Virus record (IMG/VR): IMGVR_UViG_3300017747_002751
Location: 1-38,539 of that record
From: a virus
Taxonomy: Duplodnaviria > Caudoviricetes
Reading direction: 5' to 3' (one strand)
Length of the DNA: 38,539 nucleotides
The position numbers were made by a program, and so were the translations under genes. Of this stretch, positions 22,737-32,582 are shown one piece after another. How positions within the stretch are numbered: the stretch's first letter is position 1; each line of letters begins with the position of its first letter. The notes under the pieces were generated by a model. The model saw nothing but the letters and a program-made list of their open reading frames with translations, was not told the origin of the DNA and made no database searches.

Positions 22737-24053
22737 TGTCCAGAACTCTAAGAATACCCACTGCTGAGGTGTTCGAGCCCTTGTTAGCGGAAGCCCGCGA
22801 CAAGGGAGCCTGGGGGGGCCGAAGGCAGCGGAAAATCACACTTCTTCGGTGGTCTGCTTGTCGAGGACAGTCTAGCAGAGCCCGGCATTAGCGGCGAAGG
22901 CCTGCGATCGGTCTGCATCCGCGAAGTCCAGAAGGATCTAGCCCAATCATCCAAAGCCCTCATTGAAGCCAAGGTGCGCGACTTCGGTCTAACTGAGGCT
23001 GACGGCTTCAAGATCTTCGAAGACTGCATCACCACGCCGAAGGATGGTCTAATCATCTTCAAGGGCATGAATAATTACACGGCTGAGAGCATCAAGTCAC
23101 TTGAGGGCTTCAAGCGTGCGTGGTGGGAAGAGGCCCAGTCCGCGTCTTCCAAATCAATCCAGATGCTTCGCCCGACCATGCGAGCGCCAGGAGCGCAGAT
23201 GTGGTGGAGCTGGAACGCTCGCCGCAAGATCGATCCGGTTGACGTGATGCTTCGTGGGGCTGAGAAGCCGACCGGCGCAATCATCGTCAATGCCAATTGG
23301 CGTGATAACCCTTGGTTCAGCGCTGAGTTAGAGCAAGAGCGCGTTGACTGCCTGCGCATGACACCAGACGACTACGATCATGTATGGGAGGGTGGCTATG
23401 TGACTGTTGCATCCGGGGCTTACTTCGCCAAGCATCTGGCTAACGCCAAGAACGAAAACCGCATTAGCCGGGTAGCGGCCGATCCGCTCATGACGCTGCG
23501 TTTGTTTGTCGACATTGGCGGCACTGGTGCAAAGGCCGACAACTTCGTGATATGGGTTGCACAGTTCATTGGCAGGGAGATCAGAGTACTTGACCATTAC
23601 GAGGCGCAGGGACAGCCGTTGGCTTCGCATCTCAACTGGTGCAGGGAGAAAGGATATTCGCCAGACAAGGCGCAGTTCTGGCTTCCTCACGACGGCAGCA
23701 CACAAGATAAGGTCTTCGATGTCTCATATGAAAGCGCATTGAGAGATGCAGGTTACTCTGTTACAGTCATCCCCAATCAGGGCAAGGGCGCTGCGTCGGC
23801 TCGCGTTGAGGCTGCACGGCGTCTTTTCCCGTCCATGTGGTTCAATGCCGAAACAACAGAAGGTGGGCGCGATGCTCTTGGCTGGTATCATGAGAAGCGC
23901 GACGACGTGCGCGGAATAGGCCTTGGCCCCGATCACGATTGGGCATCACACAGCGCAGACGCCTTCGGGCTCATGTGCGTTGCGTATGAAGAGCCTAGCT
24001 TGAAGAAGAAAAAAGATCCCCGCGCTGGCGGGTCCATGGCGTGGTTGAGGTAA
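22736..24053 (+). CDS. terL: Terminase large subunit (PBSX-family ATPase N-terminus), interrupted by a +1 frameshift at ~22822
   Basis: ATG 22736 reads MSRTLRIPTAEVFEPLLAEARDKGAWGGR; the +1 frame continues GSGKSHFF...CIREVQ...WWEEAQ (Walker B)...DIGG...SHSADAFG. The span is 1318 nt (3n+1). Confidence 0.9.
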
Positions 24054-24056
24054 TCA

Positions 24057-26105
24057 ATGGCACGATACGAAAAGAACACGTCTTCCGGCGACAAGGACAG
24101 CAAGCACGCTGACGGCATGAAGGCGTTTGAGCGCGTCAAGAGCGCCGAACAAGATAACCGCCACACGTTCATTGAAGATAAGCGCTTTGGCCGTCTTGAG
24201 GAGCAGTGGCCGGAAGAGATTGCTAAGCAGCGCGCCGATGAGGGCCGACCGTGCCTGACCATCAGCAAAATGAACGCCTTCATCCGACAGGTGGTAAATG
24301 ACTGCCGACAGAACAAGCCATCGATCAAGGTGCACCCCGTCGATAGCGGAGCCGATCCAAAAACGGCTGACGTGATCAACGGCATCATTCGCAACATCGA
24401 ATATACGTCTAATGCTGACATTGCCTATGACACCGCAGTTGAAGAGAGCGTTTGCGGCGGTTGGGGCTATTGGCGCGTTGGCATGGACTACGCCTATGAC
24501 GACAGCTTCGACCTAGATCTTTCCATTGAGCGTATCTCAAACACGCTTTCCGTATACGGAGACCCAAATAGCACTGCCGCTGATAGCTCAGACTGGAACG
24601 AGGCTTTCATCGTTGGGCCTATTTCCAAGCGCGAATACAAGAAGAAATACGGCGGCAAGAAGAATTCGGACGGCGACGACGTTTGCACCGATTTCGATGA
24701 TGACGCATGGAGCGATGCCGGTGAATGGCTGGAAGATGAAAACGTCCTGCTTGCAGAATGGTGGCAGCGTGAGGAAGTAGAGCGCGAAATCATCAAGCTA
24801 TCTAACGGCCATGTGTATTCCCGCGAAGAGATCGAGGCCGACAGCGATATCAGCACGCTGCTTGATGTTGGTATCCTGACCGTTGTCGGCTCGCGCATGA
24901 CGATGACGCACAAGGTCACACAGACAATCATGTCAGGCGCTGATATCCTTGAGGTCAATGAATGGCCGGGGCGCTACATCCCGATTGTGCTTGTGATCGG
25001 TGATGAGATTGTGCTTGAGGGCAAGCGCCGTTTCCGCTCGCTGATCCACTCGGCCAAAGACGCGCAGCGCATGTTCAATTACTGGCGCTCCACCTCGACA
25101 GAGCTTGTGGCTCTAGCTCCGCGTGTCCCGTTCATTGGCCGGAAAGGCTCGTTTGATCATGACGCAGAACGCTGGGCAACGGTTAACACGAAGAGCCATG
25201 CTTATCTTGAATACGAGGGAGAAGCTCCAGTTCGTCAGCCGCTTGATGTTGGTCCTGCTGCTGGCGCTCTTCAGGAAGCTCTAAACGCCTCAGATGACAT
25301 GAAGTCCATCATCGGTATCTATGACGCATCTCTAGGCGCTCGGTCTAACGAAACATCCGGCAAGGCCATCATGGCCCGTCAGCGTGAGGGCGATGTTGCG
25401 ACGTTCCACTTCATCGACAATCTATCTCGCGCAATCCGCCACACCGGCCGCATTCTGATCGACCTCATCCCGCACGTCTACAACAGCGAGCGCATCGTGC
25501 GTATCATGGGCGAAGATGGCGTGCCGAAGTCCGTCAAGGTCAATGCCCAGCAGGAGGAGCCGGTTATTGGCCCAGATGGCAAGCCTGAGGTTGATCAGCA
25601 GGGCGAAGTCATCGCGGCTATCTACAGCCTGACATCTGGCAAGTATGACCTGACCGTCACAAGCGGGCCAAGCTTCACGACACGGCGTGAGGAAGCCGCC
25701 GCACAGATGACTGAACTTGTCCGCGCATTCCCGCAGGCCGCGCCGTTTATTGCCGATATCATGGCCAAGAATTTCGACTGGCCTGGAGCTGACGAGATCG
25801 CCAAGCGTTTTGAGGCGATGAACCCTGCCAAGCAGCAACAGCAGATCCCGCCCGAAATGCAACAGATGATCCAACAGGGCCAGCAGGCTATTCAGGAGCT
25901 AACGCAGAAGGTTCAGGCGCTTGAAGCTGATAAGTCCATTGATCAGTTCAACGCCGAAACCAAGCGCATGCAGGTCGAGGAAGACACGCGGACGGATCGC
26001 ATGAAGATCGCGGCCGACGCTGAAACCAAGATCGCCACGAACGCAATGAACGCCCGCAGCAAGGCGATGCAGAATAGTCAGCGGGAATGGGGCCGGGGCG
26101 ACTAG
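24057..26105 (+). CDS. Portal protein (P22-like)
   Basis: 682 aa; RPCLTI.K, KDAQRMFNYW, NETSGKAIMARQREG, GKYDLTV..GPSFTTRR; Gln-rich C-terminal barrel. Confidence 0.93.
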   Translation: MARYEKNTSSGDKDSKHADGMKAFERVKSAEQDNRHTFIEDKRFGRLEEQWPEEIAKQRADEGRPCLTISKMNAFIRQVVNDCRQNKPSIKVHPVDSGADPKTADVINGIIRNIEYTSNADIAYDTAVEESVCGGWGYWRVGMDYAYDDSFDLDLSIERISNTLSVYGDPNSTAADSSDWNEAFIVGPISKREYKKKYGGKKNSDGDDVCTDFDDDAWSDAGEWLEDENVLLAEWWQREEVEREIIKLSNGHVYSREEIEADSDISTLLDVGILTVVGSRMTMTHKVTQTIMSGADILEVNEWPGRYIPIVLVIGDEIVLEGKRRFRSLIHSAKDAQRMFNYWRSTSTELVALAPRVPFIGRKGSFDHDAERWATVNTKSHAYLEYEGEAPVRQPLDVGPAAGALQEALNASDDMKSIIGIYDASLGARSNETSGKAIMARQREGDVATFHFIDNLSRAIRHTGRILIDLIPHVYNSERIVRIMGEDGVPKSVKVNAQQEEPVIGPDGKPEVDQQGEVIAAIYSLTSGKYDLTVTSGPSFTTRREEAAAQMTELVRAFPQAAPFIADIMAKNFDWPGADEIAKRFEAMNPAKQQQQIPPEMQQMIQQGQQAIQELTQKVQALEADKSIDQFNAETKRMQVEEDTRTDRMKIAADAETKIATNAMNARSKAMQNSQREWGRGD

Positions 26106-26181
26106 CCAAATCGCATTTGTTACGTTATTACATACACTCGTAATCACCAACCAACAGCCTACGGGCAACGGAGTGAACTTC

Positions 26182-27093
26182 ATGATTGACGGAACGACGG
26201 CTCAGGCAACAGAACTGGCAACGCCAGCAATCGAAAAGCCTGTTGCGGAGACTGTAGTTGACGATAACGAAGGCTTCCTGCCCCAGGTCGGAGACGAGGA
26301 ACCCGAAACCGACGAGACGGAAGAGATTGAAGGGGAAGGCGACGAAGAGACCGAAGAGGGTGAAGGTGAGACTGACACCGCAGAGGTCGAGCTAAACGGG
26401 GAGAAATACAAGGTTCCCTCCGCGCTCAAAGACGCTTTCCTTATGCAGGCCGACTACACGCGCAAGACGCAGGAAGTCGCAGAAGTCCGCAAGACGGCAG
26501 AGGCCAAGCTAGCCGAAGCTGAACAGATCTTCAGCGTCTCCAATGAGGTCTTGGAAGCAAGAGCAGCGCTGCTGAACGTAAGCCACGGCTTGGGACAGTT
26601 CAAGGATATGGATTGGGCCAAGCTGGAAGCGGAAGACCCCATCGGGGCCATGTCCGCATGGCGGCAGTATCAGCAGCTTGAGAAGGCACGGGGAGAAATC
26701 ACCGGCTTTCTTGATCAGGAGCAATCAAAGCGGGCCGCTACAGCGGAGCAGGAAACTGCCAACCGACTGCGGGAAACAGCAGAGTTTGCCAAAACGAAAA
26801 TTCCAGGCTGGACGCCTGATGTCGACGCGAAGGTTACGGCATTTGCCGAAGCTGAACTTGGTTTCACACGGGATACGCTCAAAAGCGCGTACAGCCCGTC
26901 TGTCTACAAGGCTCTGCACCTCGCTTGGCTCGGACACCAGTCATTGCAAAAACAGAACGCGCAGCCAAAGCCCACGCAGGTCGCCGCTCCGTTGAAGAAG
27001 GTCTCTCCGAAAGGAAACCCGGTTGCGGGTCTTGATGACAGACTGTCTATTGACGAGTGGATGAAGCAGCGGGAAGCCAAGGCACGGCGCTAA
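26182..27093 (+). CDS. Capsid scaffolding protein
   Basis: Acidic N-terminus, MQADYTRKTQEVAE motif, helical; between portal and coat. ATG 26182 with SD GGAG. Confidence 0.88.
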   Translation: MIDGTTAQATELATPAIEKPVAETVVDDNEGFLPQVGDEEPETDETEEIEGEGDEETEEGEGETDTAEVELNGEKYKVPSALKDAFLMQADYTRKTQEVAEVRKTAEAKLAEAEQIFSVSNEVLEARAALLNVSHGLGQFKDMDWAKLEAEDPIGAMSAWRQYQQLEKARGEITGFLDQEQSKRAATAEQETANRLRETAEFAKTKIPGWTPDVDAKVTAFAEAELGFTRDTLKSAYSPSVYKALHLAWLGHQSLQKQNAQPKPTQVAAPLKKVSPKGNPVAGLDDRLSIDEWMKQREAKARR

Positions 27094-27129
27094 CGCAATC
27101 CTATTGGCTGAGGCCAAGGAGTTATCTAA

Positions 27130-28320
27130 ATGGTACAAACTCTGCTTACCCCCACCGCAGTGACCCGCGAGGCGCTGCGAATTCTGCACCAGAAGCTGAA
27201 TTTCATTGGCTCCATCAACCGCCAGTACGATGACAGCTTCGCCAAGTCCGGCGCAAAGATCGGTGACAGCCTCAAGATCCGTATGCCCAATCGCTACACG
27301 GTTCGGACCGGCAAGACCATCGACACGCAGGACACCCAGGAAGAAAGCCAGACGCTCACGGTCGCAACACAGAAGGGCGTTGATACCAACTTCTCGTCTG
27401 CTGAGCTGACCCTGTCGCTTGACGACTTCTCCAAGCGCATTCTTGACCCGGCTATGTCGGTTCTTGCCGCCAACATCGAATATGATGCCATGTCGATGTA
27501 CAAGGATGTCTACAACGCGATCTGGACCTCTGGTTCCGCGATCACGTACAATGACGTTCTGTCCGGTCGTGCGCCAATGCAGCGCGGTCTTGCCCCGATG
27601 GGTGACCGCTCGGCGAATATGAACTCCACCGACATGCCGAACCTCGTCAAGGATACCAAGACGCTGTTCAATGATCAGGCGCAGCTTTCCAAGCAGTACA
27701 AGGAAGGCTACATGGGTCGGGCCGCTGGTTACGACTTCATGGAAAACACGCTCTGGCCCGGTCATACCCGTGGCGCTGGCGATGCAAACTACGTCGTCAA
27801 CACCTCGACTGGCATCACGTCCGGTTCCGCTGTCATCGCGGTAACGGCTGGCACTGGCACTCTCGCGCTTGGTGACGTGTTCACCATCGTCGGCGTGAAC
27901 AGCGTTCATCCTGAAACCAAGGTCGATACCGGAATTCTGCAGCAGTTCGTTGTTGCTGTCGCCTACGCTGGCGGCGCTGGTAACGTCACTGTCTCGCCAA
28001 CCCCGGTCACTTCGGGCGCGAAGCAGAACGTCGTTATCAACTCGGCAGGATCCGGCAAGGCTGTCGTCATCGCCGGCACTGCGTCGGGCGCGGACACCAC
28101 GTCCATGCTCTACCAGAAGGACGCATTCACATTCTGCACGGCTGACTTGATCATGCCGGGTGGTGTTGATTTCGCCCGCCGTGAGGTGCTGGACGGCATC
28201 TCCATGCGTATCGTGCGCCAGTACGATATCAACAACGACAACCTGCCTTGCAGAATAGATGTTTTGTACGGCTACCGCACGTTGCGTCCAGAGTGGGCTA
28301 CACGTCTGCATTTCAACTGA
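27130..28320 (+). CDS. Major capsid protein (P22 coat-like)
   Basis: 396 aa; NRQYDDSF...KIGDSLKIRMP; RIDVLYGY..LRPEWA; strong codon bias; SD AAGGAG. Confidence 0.93.
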   Translation: MVQTLLTPTAVTREALRILHQKLNFIGSINRQYDDSFAKSGAKIGDSLKIRMPNRYTVRTGKTIDTQDTQEESQTLTVATQKGVDTNFSSAELTLSLDDFSKRILDPAMSVLAANIEYDAMSMYKDVYNAIWTSGSAITYNDVLSGRAPMQRGLAPMGDRSANMNSTDMPNLVKDTKTLFNDQAQLSKQYKEGYMGRAAGYDFMENTLWPGHTRGAGDANYVVNTSTGITSGSAVIAVTAGTGTLALGDVFTIVGVNSVHPETKVDTGILQQFVVAVAYAGGAGNVTVSPTPVTSGAKQNVVINSAGSGKAVVIAGTASGADTTSMLYQKDAFTFCTADLIMPGGVDFARREVLDGISMRIVRQYDINNDNLPCRIDVLYGYRTLRPEWATRLHFN

Positions 28321-28336
28321 TAAGGAGCAAGCCCAA

Positions 28337-28555
28337 ATGGCTGTTGAATATCTTGGTTCCGGGTCCGATGATGGCACCCTTCTTGGCCGTAGCTCGACTG
28401 ACAAGGTCGGCTTTTACGGCACATCGACACCAGTCGCGAAGCAGACATGCACGCTCGCGGCTGCACTGACGGCAGGCACAACCACGCCGGCCAATATCGC
28501 GGCGGCAGTGGATGAACTCCACGCTGCTCTTGCTGCGGCTGGTATCATCGCCTGA
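28337..28555 (+). CDS. Small virion / head-decoration-like protein (72 aa)
   Basis: DG..LG.S.TDKVGFYG.TPV motif; Ala/Thr-rich; ends AAGIIA; SD AAGGAG; directly after the coat gene. Confidence 0.7.
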   Translation: MAVEYLGSGSDDGTLLGRSSTDKVGFYGTSTPVAKQTCTLAAALTAGTTTPANIAAAVDELHAALAAAGIIA

Positions 28556-29199
28556 TGCTAGTCTGCGTGGGCATCCCGACAATAGACGGGAAGCCTTGCG
28601 CGCAAACTGTGGACGCCCTTCTTGCTGAAACCGTTCTTGGTTATGCAAAGGGCGTCCATTTTTATGTCATGTGGGAGATTGGTTGCTCCCTCATCGGCGT
28701 GGCGCGCAACAGGCTTGCACGTAAGTTTCTCGACATGAAGCAGGCGGACTGCCTTGTCTTCGTGGACAGCGATATCTCATGGAAGGGCGGAGAACTCGCC
28801 CGCTTGGCTCAGCAGCCCCATGACGTGATCGGCGGCACATACCGCACAAAACAGGATGAGGTGAAATTCCACGTTCGCGGCTCGCCTGAGAAGATTGGCG
28901 ATTTGTGGAGGGTTGACGGCCTCCCTGGTGGGTTCATCAAGATCAGCCGCAAGGCATTCGAGCAGATAGAGGCGAACCCATACGAAGACGAGAACGGGCG
29001 CGAGATGCGCGACTATTTCCCGACCGGATACATGGATGGCAAGATCTGGGGCGAAGACTACGGCTTTTGCAGGCAATATCGTGCTTCGGGTGGTGAAATC
29101 TGGCTAGATCCGACGATCCGACTTCGTCACCACGACGGGAATAGATTTTATGACGGTGATTTCGAGCCGTGGATTGAAAAGGTATTGGCCGGTGACTGA
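28555..29199 (+). CDS. Glycosyltransferase, GT-A fold (GT2-like)
   Basis: VCVGIP first strand, ARNRL, FVDSDI (DxD), GGFIKISRKAFE, GEDYGFC, IWLDPTIRLRH. Confidence 0.85.
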   Translation: MLVCVGIPTIDGKPCAQTVDALLAETVLGYAKGVHFYVMWEIGCSLIGVARNRLARKFLDMKQADCLVFVDSDISWKGGELARLAQQPHDVIGGTYRTKQDEVKFHVRGSPEKIGDLWRVDGLPGGFIKISRKAFEQIEANPYEDENGREMRDYFPTGYMDGKIWGEDYGFCRQYRASGGEIWLDPTIRLRHHDGNRFYDGDFEPWIEKVLAGD

Positions 29200-29722
29200 A
29201 ATCCTACTTGGCTGCGGGTCTTCACGGCTCAAGAAGCTCTACATTCCCGGCAATGAGGAGTGGAACGGCCTGATAACGGTCGATTTTTCCGATGCTCATA
29301 AGCCTGACGTGGTGCATGATATCGCTGTTCTGCCGTTGCCGTTTCCGAGCGACTACGCGGACGGAATTTATGCATTCGACGTTATGGAGCATGTCGGGCA
29401 ACAGGGTGATTTCCGCTTTTTCTTTGAGCAGTGGTCCGACATCTGGCGAATTCTCAAGGATGGCGGCATGTTCTTCGGGATTTCGCCGCATTGGTCATCG
29501 CCTTGGGCCTTCGGAGATCCTGGCCACACTCGTATAGTGGGCCTTGAGCAACTGATGTACCTCACGCAGCCCAATTACGATCAGGTGGGCGTTACACCCA
29601 TGACCGATTACCGCTTCTGCTATGAAGCCGACTTCGACCTTGTCCACTCGCGAAAAACCGATTTGGGACAGTATGAATATGTGCTAAAAGCAGTGAAACC
29701 GTCGCGCATCAAGAGGGCTTAA
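29192..29722 (+). CDS. Class I SAM-dependent methyltransferase (non-DNA type)
   Basis: LLGCGS motif I, PDVVHDI, LPFP, AFDVMEH, WRILKDGG, DPGH; GTG start overlaps the glycosyltransferase stop. Confidence 0.85.
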   Translation: MTEILLGCGSSRLKKLYIPGNEEWNGLITVDFSDAHKPDVVHDIAVLPLPFPSDYADGIYAFDVMEHVGQQGDFRFFFEQWSDIWRILKDGGMFFGISPHWSSPWAFGDPGHTRIVGLEQLMYLTQPNYDQVGVTPMTDYRFCYEADFDLVHSRKTDLGQYEYVLKAVKPSRIKRA

Positions 29723-29723
29723 C

Positions 29724-30365
29724 GTGGCAATCTCGACATATTCCGAGCTTCAGACTGCCGTTGCCGACTGGATGGCGCGTTCTGACATCTCCGCAAAGGC
29801 CGCTGACTGCATCACGCTTGGAGAGGCACGACTTAACCGCCTGCTCGGCAAGGTGGCGACAGAAACCACGCTATCGGCTGTTGCTGGCGATACGTCAGTG
29901 TCCACGGCTGCACTGTCCATCGTTGAGCCTATCTCGATGTACATCATTGAGGATGGCGGCGACGACGTGTTCATGACGCCTCGCGCTCTTGGCTCATTCA
30001 CCATGTCGGAAGCACAGGGACAGCCGACAATCTGGGCACCATCGGCAAGCGCTATCCAGTTCGATCGGCCATGTGACCGCGCCTATGATTTCCGCTTCTT
30101 CTATCAGGGCCGTTTTGCCTTGTCTGATGCTGCTCCGACAAACGACTTCCTGACCAACAACCCCGATCTGTATCTCGCCGCCTCCATTGCTTGGGGGTCT
30201 GTGTACGTGAAGGATGATGCGTCAATCTCAATGTGGACTTCGATGCTGGAGGCCTTCACGGCGGAGGTGCGGAACAATGAGGCGCAGAAGAAACGAAGCT
30301 TGTTGATTGTTGACCCTGCCATCGCCATGCAGCGCCGCTACTCCATCAATACGGATATTGGCTGA
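29724..30365 (+). CDS. Head-to-tail adaptor protein
   Basis: MAISTYSELQTAVADW..R.D...I.L.EARLNR...TN.FL...PDLYL pattern and position. Confidence 0.75.
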   Translation: MAISTYSELQTAVADWMARSDISAKAADCITLGEARLNRLLGKVATETTLSAVAGDTSVSTAALSIVEPISMYIIEDGGDDVFMTPRALGSFTMSEAQGQPTIWAPSASAIQFDRPCDRAYDFRFFYQGRFALSDAAPTNDFLTNNPDLYLAASIAWGSVYVKDDASISMWTSMLEAFTAEVRNNEAQKKRSLLIVDPAIAMQRRYSINTDIG

Positions 30366-31819
30366 TGCTGGTCCCGCTTCCATACTTCGAACCTGACAAG
30401 TCGGTGTTTGACCCTGCCTCATCCGGTAGCGTGTTGAATGCGCTGCCGTCTGCGAGTGGATGGAAGCCGTTCCCAAGCCTGTCGGAGATTAGCCAGGATC
30501 TAGGCGCGGAGTGCAAGGGAGGCGGCTATGTGCGCACGTCAACCGGCACCTTTCGCCTGCTCGCCGCAACGCAAACGCAAATCTTCGAACTCGATACCAC
30601 AGATTATTCGTGGGACGACGTGACAGGGCCGTCAGGGCCGTACACAGGGCCATCGCCGGGGGATGCGTGGACGTTCACTGTCTTTGGCGACAAGCTGCTT
30701 ATCCATAACCTCAACGATCCTATTCAGGACTATGATATAGAGGCGGGCGGCGTGGTGGCTGATCTGGCCGGGTCGCCTCCAAACGCAAAATATTCGTGCG
30801 TGGCTGGTGACTATGTCGTGCTTGGTCACTTGGCCGGCGCTGTTGGCACTCGTCAGGTGCAGTGGTGCGAACTGAATAACGCTGAGGGCTGGACGATTGG
30901 CGAGAACGGCGCGGACTTCCAGGAACTCCCCGAAGGCAACGAAGTGCAGGGCGTCCTAAACGAGACTGGCGGATTTACCGTCATTCAGCGCAACGGAATG
31001 CAATATTTCCCGTTTGCGCCCTCGTCTGGCTTCACCTTCACGCGAACCGTCATCAACCCGAAGCAAGGAACGGTAGCGCCTCGCTCTATCGTCGGTATCG
31101 GGCCGGGGATGTTCTTCTATCTATCGGAAGATGGGTTCTTCGGTGGCAAGGATCGCCAGCCTATCGGAGCCGAGAAGGTCGATAGCTGGTTTCTGTCTCA
31201 GATCGACCAGACGTATTTGCAGGACGTGCAGGGCGTTGCGGACCCGTTCGAAAAGATCGTCTGGTGGAAATATCAGACGCCTACCGCAGAGTTTCGACTG
31301 CTTGGCTACGACTGGCAGCTTCAGCGCTGGTGCACGTCAGACCTTGCGGTCGGTGAAATGCTCGCCATGGTCACGCCTGCAACGTCGTGGGATGGCCTCG
31401 ACGCGCTATACGCCTCCATTGATGCGGTGACGGAAGCGTTCGATAGCCGCCTATTCTCCGGTGGACGGCCGACGTTCGCGACCTTCACCACAGATAACAA
31501 GCTTGCTTACTTCACCGGAGCCAACCAGGAGGCTGTCTTTGAGACGGCACAAGTGCAGCCTGACCCGGTTCGGCGCGCTCTTTGCAATGGCGTGCGCGTG
31601 ATTACGGACGCTGTCGGCGTGACGGTCGAACATGGCATTTCCGATTATCACGGCGCAACGATCACATATGCAGCTCCAGCCTCACAGAACCGAGCAGGCC
31701 TTATTCCGCTTCGGGGCGATGGGCGCTTGCACAAATTCCGGTCTACTATCCCTGCCGGCACTGCATGGAGCGTTGCAACGGCTCTAGAAGCCAACTTCAC
31801 AGCGACGGGGTCACAATGA
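30365..31819 (+). CDS. Tail hub / nozzle (P22 gp10-like stabilisation protein)
   Basis: 484 aa with beta-propeller-like composition; YLSEDGF...PIGAEKVDSWF; follows the adaptor. Confidence 0.75.
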   Translation: MLVPLPYFEPDKSVFDPASSGSVLNALPSASGWKPFPSLSEISQDLGAECKGGGYVRTSTGTFRLLAATQTQIFELDTTDYSWDDVTGPSGPYTGPSPGDAWTFTVFGDKLLIHNLNDPIQDYDIEAGGVVADLAGSPPNAKYSCVAGDYVVLGHLAGAVGTRQVQWCELNNAEGWTIGENGADFQELPEGNEVQGVLNETGGFTVIQRNGMQYFPFAPSSGFTFTRTVINPKQGTVAPRSIVGIGPGMFFYLSEDGFFGGKDRQPIGAEKVDSWFLSQIDQTYLQDVQGVADPFEKIVWWKYQTPTAEFRLLGYDWQLQRWCTSDLAVGEMLAMVTPATSWDGLDALYASIDAVTEAFDSRLFSGGRPTFATFTTDNKLAYFTGANQEAVFETAQVQPDPVRRALCNGVRVITDAVGVTVEHGISDYHGATITYAAPASQNRAGLIPLRGDGRLHKFRSTIPAGTAWSVATALEANFTATGSQ

Positions 31820-32163
31820 GCGGTATTGTCGCAAACTACATCGGGAGCCTTGCCGAGCCGGTTATCTTCCCGCTTGTCGCAGGCACGAAGACAACGATTT
31901 ACACGGTCGAGGCCAAAGGCCGCACGCTGGCAACGGCAACCTTCATCAATGACACGGGCGGAGCGGTCCAATGCAAATTGCATTTCGAGGACGCTTCCAA
32001 GGCGGTCGAATACGTTGTCTGGACAAAGAATGTCGCCGCCAACTCGACGGAAACCGCAGAGGTTCACATCAGGACCGCAGACGGCGACATTATCAAGGCG
32101 ACGGGTGCCTCTGGCGTTAACGTGATGCTGGAAATGGTTGTGCAGTTGGAGAATAGCCGATGA
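31816..32163 (+). CDS. Small beta-rich virion protein (putative)
   Basis: 115 aa from ATG 31816; ATGA overlaps on both sides. Confidence 0.7.
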   Translation: MSGIVANYIGSLAEPVIFPLVAGTKTTIYTVEAKGRTLATATFINDTGGAVQCKLHFEDASKAVEYVVWTKNVAANSTETAEVHIRTADGDIIKATGASGVNVMLEMVVQLENSR

Positions 32164-32582
32164 TTGTCGGCATCGCTCGGCAGTGGGAGATTGATGACAA
32201 CTGGAGCGTGATAGCTCCGATGTTGCAGCGCGCCATTGATCAGACGGAAAACGACCTGACGACGGGGGATCTTTGGACTATGTGCCGCTCCGGTAATGCG
32301 TTCTTAGTGTTCGCGGCTGGAGAGGCTGGCGTCGTCATGGCGAGCGTATGGAAGTTCGAAAGATGGAACAAAGGCCAAGTCTTTCGATGCCTTTGCCTTG
32401 GTGGGTCTAAAATGAAAGATTGGCTAGAGCCTTTCATATCCAAAATCAAAGAGATGATGGAGGAAGGCGGGGCAACGCGCATGGTCTATTCAGGGCGCGA
32501 AGGATGGGATAGAGTGCTGTCGAGAAACATGCCGACGCGCAAGCTTTACACAACATATGAGGTAGATCATGCCAGGAGGTAG
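32160..32582 (+). CDS. GNAT-fold-like assembly protein (position of P22 gp14)
   Basis: LGGSKMKDWL...G..RM...GREGWDRVL pattern; precedes the ejection genes. Confidence 0.6.
   Translation: MIVGIARQWEIDDNWSVIAPMLQRAIDQTENDLTTGDLWTMCRSGNAFLVFAAGEAGVVMASVWKFERWNKGQVFRCLCLGGSKMKDWLEPFISKIKEMMEEGGATRMVYSGREGWDRVLSRNMPTRKLYTTYEVDHARR

Noticed and set aside
22974-24053. Terminase starting at 22974 as in the ORF track
   Set aside because: It would lack Walker A; the true N-terminus is at 22736 in another frame.
26941-28404. 487-aa minus-strand ORF antisense to the coat gene
   Set aside because: Mirror of a strongly codon-biased gene; no recognisable motifs. Shadow ORF.
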